Below are positions 9,656-16,992 of a DNA stretch of 38,857 nt, in pieces. The notes under the pieces are model-generated. The model did not search any database, had not been told where the DNA came from, and saw nothing but the letters and a program-made list of their open reading frames with translations. How positions within the stretch are numbered: the stretch's first letter is position 1; each line of letters starts with the position of its first letter. Source of the stretch: a candidate division WOR-3 bacterium (lineage in GTDB: Bacteria > Hydrothermota > Tepidihabitantia > SM23-42 > CAYGYG01); contig CBFGIV010000021.1 of the NCBI GenBank assembly GCA_965648915.1, forward strand, positions 1 through 38,857, in the 5' to 3' direction. The position numbers and the translations under genes were made by a program.

Positions 9656-9849
9656 TTTTCTCCTTCAACATTTAACATTTTAAAGATAGACGCTACAGAT
9701 TTTGTCTTCAACAGATTAATTGGATCTGGTGTTTGATAAATTTGAATCTGTTTAGAATCTTGTAAGGGCAATTCATAACTAACCCCTACCGGGGCGCTTA
9801 TTCTTGATTTTATGTGTTGGGCAACTGCCCGGACTGTGAAATTTTTCAT
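9637..9849 (-). CDS. Putative regulatory bridge ORF B (70 aa) overlapping the selD1 start
   Basis: Its ATG is part of the AUGA containing the leader-B UGA, with GGGGGAG upstream. Its stop lies 19 nt inside selD1. No recognisable domain. Confidence 0.5.
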   Translation of the reverse strand: MKNFTVRAVAQHIKSRISAPVGVSYELPLQDSKQIQIYQTPDPINLLKTKSVASIFKMLNVEGEKWQRLN

Positions 9850-9896
9850 CTTCTCCCCCTGCGATTCACATTGAACTCAATTATTTTCTCAACCAT
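9810..9896 (-). CDS. Putative Sec-containing leader peptide B: MVEKIIEFNVNRRGRR-U-KISQSGQLPNT
   Basis: ATG 9896 (alternative in-frame ATG 9905), TGA 9846-9848 at codon 17, hairpin GGGCA-GT-TGCCC (9819-9830, loop G at +24), TAA 9810-9812. Confidence 0.6.
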
Positions 9897-9939
9897 ATTA
9901 TTCATCTCTATTTACCAAATCCCTCCCGGTCGCTACTTT

Positions 9940-10737
9940 TTACGGTTTCTTGCCTACAAAAAGACCACTACCGACCTTATGTTCGTGAGCCGCCTTTCGC
10001 CAGATCGTCACCAGATTCTCAGCAAAACTGTAAAGGTCTGGACCGAAATTCTTCGTGATATCGGGTTTCATCTTCACCGTTACCATCTCGTAATACTGGT
10101 CGAAATGTCTGGCAAACGCTTGAGTATTGTCAATTGCTTCAAGGACCTTAAAACCTACTTTCTTCATAAGTTCTTGATAGCCCTGAAATGTCTCCATATA
10201 AGGAAATGCCATCGAGTCATAGAGGGGCTCAAGTTCCTTGGGAGTGATTTTACCAGTGATTATCCAATCGGTAAACCCAATCATACCACCGGGTTTCAAT
10301 ACCCGATATGCTTCACGCAAAAGCCTTTCTTTATCTGTAACATAGCACCATGCCTCCTGCCCCCATACCACATCGATCGTCCCGGCCTTGAAGGGGAGAT
10401 CCATTACATTACCTTCATAGTATTCAATCATATGGTCAAGTTTCGCCGCCTTGGTTCTTTCGATTGCTTTCTTAAGCATTGTCTTTGTTGCATCAACACC
10501 CTTCACATAGACTCCGTATTTACTTGCCAGATGCCGGGCCGGCGCACCGAGGGCACTGCAGAGGTCAGCAACAACCATACCGGGTTTTAAATCCAGTTTC
10601 TTTGCCAGGACATCGGTTGCCTCAGGTCCACCCGAATGGATCTGTTCGCCCATTACTGCTTCCCAGAGCAGACCACCTGGACCATCATAAACATCCTGGA
10701 CATCTTTTATTGTATAGTCTTTTCTGTAGATTTCCAT
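9940..10737 (-). CDS. Class I SAM-dependent methyltransferase (sarcosine/dimethylglycine N-methyltransferase-like)
   Basis: GEQIHSGG, VADLCSALGAPAR (motif I variant), DLPF..DVVWGQEA and RVLKPGG. Confidence 0.8.
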   Translation of the reverse strand: MEIYRKDYTIKDVQDVYDGPGGLLWEAVMGEQIHSGGPEATDVLAKKLDLKPGMVVADLCSALGAPARHLASKYGVYVKGVDATKTMLKKAIERTKAAKLDHMIEYYEGNVMDLPFKAGTIDVVWGQEAWCYVTDKERLLREAYRVLKPGGMIGFTDWIITGKITPKELEPLYDSMAFPYMETFQGYQELMKKVGFKVLEAIDNTQAFARHFDQYYEMVTVKMKPDITKNFGPDLYSFAENLVTIWRKAAHEHKVGSGLFVGKKP

Positions 10738-10746
10738 ATAACCTCC

Positions 10747-12312
10747 TTATGATTCTTTTGCTAGATCAAAAATCTCTATCCCTTCAAGCGGTTTGGGAGA
10801 TACCACCGCTATTTGTTCCTGAGATGATGGTTTTCCTATCAGCGAACCGATAAAAAGGCCGAGAACCGAGCCGATCAGTCCAATGATAATGTAACCGAGG
10901 TAAGTATCAGCAAACCATTTGGGTTGAAAGTTATGTTTCCAGATATGGTATTCAAAAATATAGAATGCGACATTGCCGACGAAACCCAGGATTGCACTCA
11001 GTATAGCGCCCAGTCTGTTTGCCTTCTTCCAGAACATAGCAAAGGCGGGAATTGCGATCGAAGCAGTTAGAACCCCCGATGAAAGAATATAGACGTCCAT
11101 CAGCGAAGTTGCATTTATTGCATAAACCAATGCCAAGATAATTGCAAATACAGAGAGAATCCGCGACCACTGTGCAACTACCGGCCGAGGTGATTTTTTT
11201 AACAAAGCAGGCTGGACAATATCGTAGGTTAAGGGAAGTGCTATCACATTGGCAAAAGTATCTACTGTTGACATCTGGGCAGCAAGTAGTCCCACAAGCA
11301 TCAAGATTTGTCCCCAGATGGGGAAATACTTCAAAATTATTGCTGAAATTATACTGGTTGCGTCTCCACCGATTGCCGCGGTGCTCGATTCCAAGCCGGG
11401 CGGAAATAGAACCAACGCATTGAATGCAATCAAGGTAGGTATGCCGATAACAAAGACCGTTATCAAGACCAGGGCTAACCATGCACCTTTACGGGCTTCT
11501 TCCAGACTTTTTGCACCCTGGATTCTGAGCAATAAGTCCTGTTCTATCATCCAGCCGGGCAAGTAGGCAAATAAAAGGATTATAGGCATCGCAATACCAC
11601 AAGCAAAGAGTTTAAACATTGACCCCTGACCATAATAAGGAGTTGCGATCTGTGCCAACCGACTTATTATATCTCCACCAGATTCTATTTTTGCAGCACT
11701 AAGACTGACAATGCCAAGAATGACAATAAAAATCGTCATGAAGACAAATTGTGCAAGATCGGTTAAGACGACTGCTCTAAATCCGCCAAAATAAGTGTAG
11801 ATCATAATCGGGATGACTACAACAATCATCGTTGCCACCGGTGAGATCTGCAAAAAGGGCGCACCAAGATGTCCGACCATAAATAACTCGGCACCAGTCC
11901 ACGAAGTAAATACAAAGATCGAACAGATTGCAATTATCGTGCGTGTCAGACCCCCAAAGCGCTTCTCGATAGCCTCAGGCAGTGATATGGCCGGAATCCT
12001 TCTTACATAAGGCACCATCCAGATAATTATGAAACAGAGGATAAACCATGGTAGTGGCAGGATCCAGACACCGGATAAACCCATTTGATAGATCATCGAC
12101 ATGCCATAGCCTAACCACCCCAGCATCAGCCAGCCTGCGGTTAGAGAAACAGCCAGGCGCCAGCCCGGGAAGCGGCGGCTGGCAATCCAGAAATCAAGAA
12201 TCTGATGGGTTGCGGTATCTTTATGAATTTTTCGCCAGATAAAATAACCAATGAGAATAACAAAGACAAAATAAATAATTGCCGCAATCCAGAAAGGTAG
12301 TGCTGATCCCAT
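10747..12312 (-). CDS. Sodium:solute symporter (SSS) family transporter
   Basis: DFWIASR, YTYFGGFRAVVLTD and LLAAQMSTVD motifs. ATG 12312 overlaps the upstream stop (TAATG). Confidence 0.9.
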   Translation of the reverse strand: MGSALPFWIAAIIYFVFVILIGYFIWRKIHKDTATHQILDFWIASRRFPGWRLAVSLTAGWLMLGWLGYGMSMIYQMGLSGVWILPLPWFILCFIIIWMVPYVRRIPAISLPEAIEKRFGGLTRTIIAICSIFVFTSWTGAELFMVGHLGAPFLQISPVATMIVVVIPIMIYTYFGGFRAVVLTDLAQFVFMTIFIVILGIVSLSAAKIESGGDIISRLAQIATPYYGQGSMFKLFACGIAMPIILLFAYLPGWMIEQDLLLRIQGAKSLEEARKGAWLALVLITVFVIGIPTLIAFNALVLFPPGLESSTAAIGGDATSIISAIILKYFPIWGQILMLVGLLAAQMSTVDTFANVIALPLTYDIVQPALLKKSPRPVVAQWSRILSVFAIILALVYAINATSLMDVYILSSGVLTASIAIPAFAMFWKKANRLGAILSAILGFVGNVAFYIFEYHIWKHNFQPKWFADTYLGYIIIGLIGSVLGLFIGSLIGKPSSQEQIAVVSPKPLEGIEIFDLAKES

Positions 12313-13088
12313 TACTTGCCTCCCAATGAGTGAAAGAGATTGATGCCTACACCGAACCAAAAATTACGGTCCTTACTCGACACATTTACTGCATCAGCCA
12401 GATCTTCGTCGATGACGATTGCGTAGTTGAGGTCAGCACTTATCGTCATGAAATTCCCAAGCGGAGCAGGCGGAGCAATGGATAATGTTAGTGCTCCGGT
12501 CAGGTCAGTCAATCCGCCTTTGCCCACCCCAAAGTAATAGAGGTTGTGCTTCTTGTCGGCATATCCAAGTGAGACTGACAGAGTCGGTGTCACGATCCCA
12601 AATGTCTGCGATCTGCTCACCTTGGGTGAAAGATAGAAACCATCCGCTTGCTTAACGTCATAGTTGAGCCCAACTGAAGCCTGGGCTACTTTCAGTTGCG
12701 CACCGACCTTGCCATATACTTCACCAGTTGTTGAAAATCCAGGACCATACGCTGAACCTGGGTAGGTGTAGTGAGCGTAGCCAATCGTTGCGGTGGCTGG
12801 ACCGAATGACCGGGAGTAATCAAGAAAGAATGCAAGGTCTGTAATCTCCATCTGTTTATCTTTAACATCGGTCAGGTCGAAAGAACCCCACCCGCATATT
12901 GTTAAACCGTACCAATTTATCCAGACATCTGGCCAGAACACATATTCATCATTAAACACCATACCGCGCCAGACATACTTATTTTTTGCAACAAGATCCG
13001 CACCAAGTATTGGCAATACGGCAGTACTGCCTGCGTTCACTATGAGCAAAGCAGATATGATAATGTATAGGTATTTTATCTTTTCCAT
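12312..13088 (-). CDS. Outer-membrane beta-barrel protein (TorF/TIGR02001-like porin)
   Basis: Signal peptide, NKYVWRG motif, GYAHYTYP, terminal strand FWFGVGINL. Confidence 0.7.
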   Translation of the reverse strand: MEKIKYLYIIISALLIVNAGSTAVLPILGADLVAKNKYVWRGMVFNDEYVFWPDVWINWYGLTICGWGSFDLTDVKDKQMEITDLAFFLDYSRSFGPATATIGYAHYTYPGSAYGPGFSTTGEVYGKVGAQLKVAQASVGLNYDVKQADGFYLSPKVSRSQTFGIVTPTLSVSLGYADKKHNLYYFGVGKGGLTDLTGALTLSIAPPAPLGNFMTISADLNYAIVIDEDLADAVNVSSKDRNFWFGVGINLFHSLGGK

Positions 13089-13097
13089 TTTACCTCC

Positions 13098-13835
13098 TTA
13101 TTTTGCTACTAATGCTGCGCCGATTGCTCCGACAATCTGAGGCACTTCGGGGACATAAACTTCTTTTCCTAATTTTTTCTTGAGAAGAGAAATCATACAT
13201 TGATTTCTGGCAACACCGCCGGCAAAGACAACAAGGCCTTCGTAACCAACCCGGCTGATCAAAGACATCAGACGGTTGAGAATCGATTCATGGAGACCAA
13301 GGGCAATATTTCTTGGATCTTCACCCCGGGCAATTAGTGATATCACCTCGGATTCAGCAAAGACCGTGCACATCGAATTTATCGAGACCGACCGCTCTGC
13401 CTTCAACGCTTCTTCACCCATTGTATCGATTGAAAAACCGAGTGAACTTGCCATAATCTCAAGGAACCGGCCTGTGCCTGCAGCACAGCGGTCATTCATT
13501 TCGAAATCCTCAACTCTACCTTCTCTAACTTTGATTATCTTACTATCCTGCCCACCAATATCGATTACGGTCTGGCACTGAGGAAAGAGAAAATGGGCAC
13601 CGAGGGCGTATGCTTTTATTTCGGTAATTATCGGACAGTTAAGATGGGCCTGGGCTAAATGTCGTCCATAGCCAGTGGCGACAAGCGTATCAAATTTTAA
13701 GTTGTTTAACAGTTTCTTAGAATTGCTCAAAGGGTCGATCCCGGTATCACTGATCTTAAAATTGAGCATTCTCGAATCTTCAAGAACGGCAACTTTAATG
13801 GTTCGCGAGCCGATATCGATGCCAGCAGATTTCAT
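13098..13835 (-). CDS. BadF/BadG/HgdC-type ATP-dependent activator (DCCP-R-like)
   Basis: GIDIGSRTIK, ATGYGR, DIGGQDSK, MNDRCAAGTGRFLE, MCTVFAESEVIS and GGVARN. Confidence 0.93.
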   Translation of the reverse strand: MKSAGIDIGSRTIKVAVLEDSRMLNFKISDTGIDPLSNSKKLLNNLKFDTLVATGYGRHLAQAHLNCPIITEIKAYALGAHFLFPQCQTVIDIGGQDSKIIKVREGRVEDFEMNDRCAAGTGRFLEIMASSLGFSIDTMGEEALKAERSVSINSMCTVFAESEVISLIARGEDPRNIALGLHESILNRLMSLISRVGYEGLVVFAGGVARNQCMISLLKKKLGKEVYVPEVPQIVGAIGAALVAK

Positions 13836-15103
13836 ACTATTTTCTCGATAAAGGCCTCAATCCTTGTCCTTAATTGACCAATATCTTCTTCAGAATAGTC
13901 AGTTTCAATCTTGAGACTGGGGATATTTGCCTGCTTTAATGCCCCTTCGACCCTGATTGCTTCGACATTATATCCGTGACAGTACTGAAGGATATACTCA
14001 ACCACTCCTCCAACTCTATACTCCTGAGCCTTCCTGACAACCTTCTCAATCCTCTCGTTGTTCGGTGTAAAACAGGCACAATCAATCTTCATATACCTTT
14101 CGGCAATTGCTCTCAATTGACCATCCAGATCCGTCGCCGACTCATCAACCAGATGGTCAAAATATCGAGTGCCGGTGCAGGTCTCGTCAATAACGACTGC
14201 GGCCCCTGACTGTTCAATCAGACTGTGAACCTTCCAGTTCCCCATCACCGCTGGACAACCCGATACCATAACTCTCTTTACACCTTTGGGAAATGGTGAA
14301 ATCCCTTTACGAACACGATCTTCAAGTTCGCTATTTAATTGTTCAAGTCTGATGGCAAACCGGGCCGGGTCATCATTGAGTGCAGCCTGCATCACAACTA
14401 AGGCATCAAGCCCGCTGATGGGTGGTAAGTCATTTTTGCGCAATTCGCTCAATTTCTGGAGGGCGCGACGCTTATTGTTCATAACTTTGATTGCCTGAGC
14501 AAGTTTAATACTCTCCAATCTTCTTTCGGCAATCTCCTCAACCCTGTTCTTAAAGTCTACGATCTCTTTGTACCATAGTTGAAGATCGATCGGTTCTTTT
14601 TTCTGGGGTAGTTCCATTATGTGAAATTTGACCTTCTGGGCGAGGATGTCCCAGGTTTTCTTCTTCGCATCACAGGTTGTTTCACCAACTGCCAGCGATT
14701 TTATCGGCGCATAGGGGCAGGTCTTGGAGAACGCCAGTCCCAGGGTCGATTTGACCAGGGGGCAGATGTCACGAGGGAACATCTTTTCGGCATAGGGGAT
14801 CGAAAAATTTATACCGCCGCAAAGGGCGATCGGGATAAGATCCAATGCCAATGCAATCTCATCCGGCACATAGATACAGAAGGTGCCGATCATCTTATTA
14901 CCATGCGCTTTGGCTTCAAGAATTTCGGCAATTCTTCCCCCATGTGCTTCGTGCAAAACATTATCAAAATATGCCATACCTTCGGGTCGATTCTTCTGAT
15001 TACCTACGGTGTTATTAAATGTCTTATTGATCGAATTTAGAACCTCATTATGAAGTCCGACATCGAGACCGAGTTCCTGCCACATCTTTTCATATTTATC
15101 CAT
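13832..15103 (-). CDS. Double-cubane-cluster reductase (DCCP) / HgdB-FldC family protein, 423 aa
   Basis: Start ATG 15103 (GGAGG SD), MDKYEKMWQELGLD. GTFCIYVP, ALCGG, DICPLVKS, GETTCDAKKK, ETCTG, CACF, YCHGY and ETDYS..TRIEAF motifs. Confidence 0.85.
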   Translation of the reverse strand: MDKYEKMWQELGLDVGLHNEVLNSINKTFNNTVGNQKNRPEGMAYFDNVLHEAHGGRIAEILEAKAHGNKMIGTFCIYVPDEIALALDLIPIALCGGINFSIPYAEKMFPRDICPLVKSTLGLAFSKTCPYAPIKSLAVGETTCDAKKKTWDILAQKVKFHIMELPQKKEPIDLQLWYKEIVDFKNRVEEIAERRLESIKLAQAIKVMNNKRRALQKLSELRKNDLPPISGLDALVVMQAALNDDPARFAIRLEQLNSELEDRVRKGISPFPKGVKRVMVSGCPAVMGNWKVHSLIEQSGAAVVIDETCTGTRYFDHLVDESATDLDGQLRAIAERYMKIDCACFTPNNERIEKVVRKAQEYRVGGVVEYILQYCHGYNVEAIRVEGALKQANIPSLKIETDYSEEDIGQLRTRIEAFIEKIV

Positions 15104-15404
15104 TTTTGCCTCCCTTTTGAAAAAATAATTCACAGAAACAGTGCCCGTCTTTTTTGACTTCATCATCCATTGTCGGGCAGGGGCAGAGGACATCCTTCTC
15201 TAAGTCTGGAGGCTCACTCTGTTTACAGGGGCAGTAGTATTTGCCATATTCGAGATAGTTCATCGTCATCAGGCCGATCACCTTCTTTACCCGGCTTATC
15301 TTTTTATTAAAGATGTAGCCCCTCTGCCGTGCAATTTTGATCAATCTTTCATAATTTTTATTATACTCTTTTGTGCCGACAATCTTATCCCAGGGATTGG
15401 GCAT
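15096..15404 (-). CDS. Ferredoxin:thioredoxin reductase catalytic-subunit-like protein, 102 aa
   Basis: GKYYCPC..LCPC..GHCFCELF (CPC/CPC/CxC). Start ATG 15404 with AGGAGG SD. Confidence 0.88.
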   Translation of the reverse strand: MPNPWDKIVGTKEYNKNYERLIKIARQRGYIFNKKISRVKKVIGLMTMNYLEYGKYYCPCKQSEPPDLEKDVLCPCPTMDDEVKKDGHCFCELFFQKGGKNG

Positions 15405-15600
15405 AGAACCTCCTTTGGCTTGGATATGGTAAATCGTTTTGAATCTGTCCTGGATTTTGTGCAACAGAATAAAAATATCCTGAAAAATTTTTGCTAAGAG
15501 AAAAAGTCTTTAATACGGTATTGCTTTCGAAGAATAAGTTTCGAGTTGGTGGTTTTACTTTACTGTAGACCCGACCGGGTCTAAATACCCGGCGAGTCAT
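15385..15600 (-). CDS. Putative regulatory bridge ORF A (71 aa) overlapping the FTR-like gene start
   Basis: GGAGG SD 6 nt before the ATG, which is part of the AUGA containing the leader-A UGA. Its stop lies 20 nt inside the next gene. No recognisable domain. Confidence 0.55.
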   Translation of the reverse strand: MTRRVFRPGRVYSKVKPPTRNLFFESNTVLKTFSLSKNFSGYFYSVAQNPGQIQNDLPYPSQRRFYAQSLG

Positions 15601-15647
15601 TTCTTCCCTCCGGCAAATAAGGACTTAAGCAATTCTGTTACAACCAT
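15555..15647 (-). CDS. Putative Sec-containing leader peptide A: MVVTELLKSLFAGGKK-U-LAGYLDPVGSTVK
   Basis: ATG 15647 lies 6 nt after a -10 box (leaderless). TGA 15597-15599 at codon 17, TAA 15555-15557, followed in the mRNA by a perfect SECIS-like hairpin after the TGA. Confidence 0.7.
15566..15583 (-). promoter_or_regulatory. SECIS-like hairpin of leader A
   Basis: TAGACCCG-GT-CGGGTCTA with apical GU at +25/+26 from the UGA. Resembles the E. coli fdhF SECIS minihelix (..CAG-GU-CUG..). Confidence 0.75.
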
Positions 15648-15653
15648 ATTGCA

Positions 15654-15681
15654 AGTATAAGTATTATTTTAAAGCTGTCAA
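15654..15681 (-). promoter_or_regulatory. Sigma70-type promoter of the selenium operon (leaderless start)
   Basis: TTGACA (15676-15681) - 16 bp - TATACT (15654-15659) - 6 nt - ATG. Confidence 0.75.
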
Positions 15682-15730
15682 TCGCTATTTTTATCTCCTA
15701 ATAATTTTTGAACCCAGTCGGTGTGAAGAA

Positions 15731-16747
15731 TCAGGCCCTGACATTAATGCGTCCAGCATTTCCAGCGGTAATCTTACCTATTGTCCAGGCTGGTCTACGA
15801 TAATTGCTGAAGAATAGATCGACCTTTCCTTCAGGTAAGGCAATGACTAAACCTCCAGATGTTTCAGAGCCAAATATGAGACTCTTTATATAAGGATCTA
15901 CTCCCCCAGTCTCGACTTTATCACTGAACGAGTTCTGGTTCATCATTATCCCTGGTTCAAAGATGCCTCTCTTTAAGATATCGAGCGCACCATCGTAGAT
16001 TGGTAGCTTTGATGCCCAGAGTTCGATCCCGACCTTACTGCCTTCGGCCATTTCAACAAGATGGCCAGCCAATCCATAGCCGGTAATATCAGTCGCCCCA
16101 TTGGCACCGGCTACCCTCATTGCCAGTGAGGCATCACGATTTAAGGTTGTCATTGCCTCAATTATCGGTTTTAATTCAATCCCTTCGTCTTTCTTAAGCA
16201 GAACCGCCTGAATCAATGTCCCGACTCCAATCGGTTTGGTTAAGATTATGATGTCACCCGGCTTTGCCCCGGCATTGGTTATAATCTTCTGAGGATGAAT
16301 ATAACCGATTACTGATAGACCATACATTATCTCCGCCGAATTGAAGGTATGGCCACCGGCAATCGTTACCCCTGCTTCCTGTGCCTTTTGCTGTCCGCCT
16401 CTTAAGATTTCACCAAGAATTGCTGGATCCCCTTTTGCCGGGAAACCGATGATATTTAATGCCAGTCTTGGCTCACCACCCATTGCATAAACATCTGAGA
16501 GACAGTTGGTTGCCGCAACCTGGCCAAAGAGAAAAGGATCATCAACCACCGGGGTGAGAATATCGATTGTATCAACCAGCGCCAGTTCCTCGTTTAACTT
16601 ATATACTCCTGCATCATCGGCGGTATTGATACCGACAAGCAAATTCGGATCCTTGACCTCGGGTAATTTTGCCAGTGCCTGCGCTAACTGCGCCTTGGAG
16701 ATCTTAGATGCTCAACCGGCACATTTGATCGAATCGAGTATCCCCAT
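15731..16747 (-). CDS. selD: Second selenophosphate synthetase SelD (selenoprotein, Sec12, CxxU), 338 aa
   Basis: ATG 16747 gives MGILDSIKCAG-U-ASK, with TGA 16712-16714 in frame with the 303-aa ORF. Hairpin GCGC-AGTTA-GCGC at 16681-16693. DDAGV, GGHT, TDITGYGLAGH and ETSGGL motifs. Confidence 0.93.
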
Positions 16748-16755
16748 TTTGTATA

Positions 16756-16875
16756 CTATCTATCCTTTCTTAACTCATCCAATCTATTTTTGAATCTTTT
16801 CTCGATGTCCCTTAGTTTTACTTCACATACCGGGCAGACATAATCGACACCACAAAAAGCAATCATCTCTAACAT
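16756..16875 (-). CDS. 39-aa Cys-containing small protein (MLEMIAFCGVDYVCPVCEVKLRDIEKRFKNRLDELRKDR)
   Basis: AAGGAG SD, ATG 16875, TAG 16756-16758, 8 nt before the selD2 start. Too short for the ORF track. Confidence 0.55.
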   Translation of the reverse strand: MLEMIAFCGVDYVCPVCEVKLRDIEKRFKNRLDELRKDR

Positions 16876-16943
16876 TTTTATCTCCTTAATCTTACCCGAT
16901 CTTTTAAAAAAATCAATCCCCAAAAATCAAATCAATAAAGGAC

Positions 16944-16975
16944 AAAAAAAGAAGGGCTGTTGTCAGCCCTTCTTT
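16944..16975 (-). terminator. Rho-independent terminator after the FG-GAP gene
   Basis: GAAGGGCTG-ACAA-CAGCCCTTC followed by T7 on the minus strand. Confidence 0.85.
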
Positions 16976-16992
16976 GAAGAAGAAAAATCATC

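Noticed and set aside
9814..10590. Long plus-strand ORFs (e.g. 9814-10590, 18496-19119, 24715-25485)
   Set aside because: They are antisense shadows of well-supported minus-strand genes and carry no motifs.
13832..13835. Other ATGA overlaps (DCCP/activator, fur/feoA, feoA/feoB) as Sec switches
   Set aside because: The upstream proteins are complete and I saw no SECIS-like hairpin at the expected distance. This is ordinary translational coupling.
15400..15650. Metabolite riboswitch (guanidine, SAM or purine) in the long leader
   Set aside because: No consensus motifs recognised. The hairpins are better explained by UGA+SECIS geometry.
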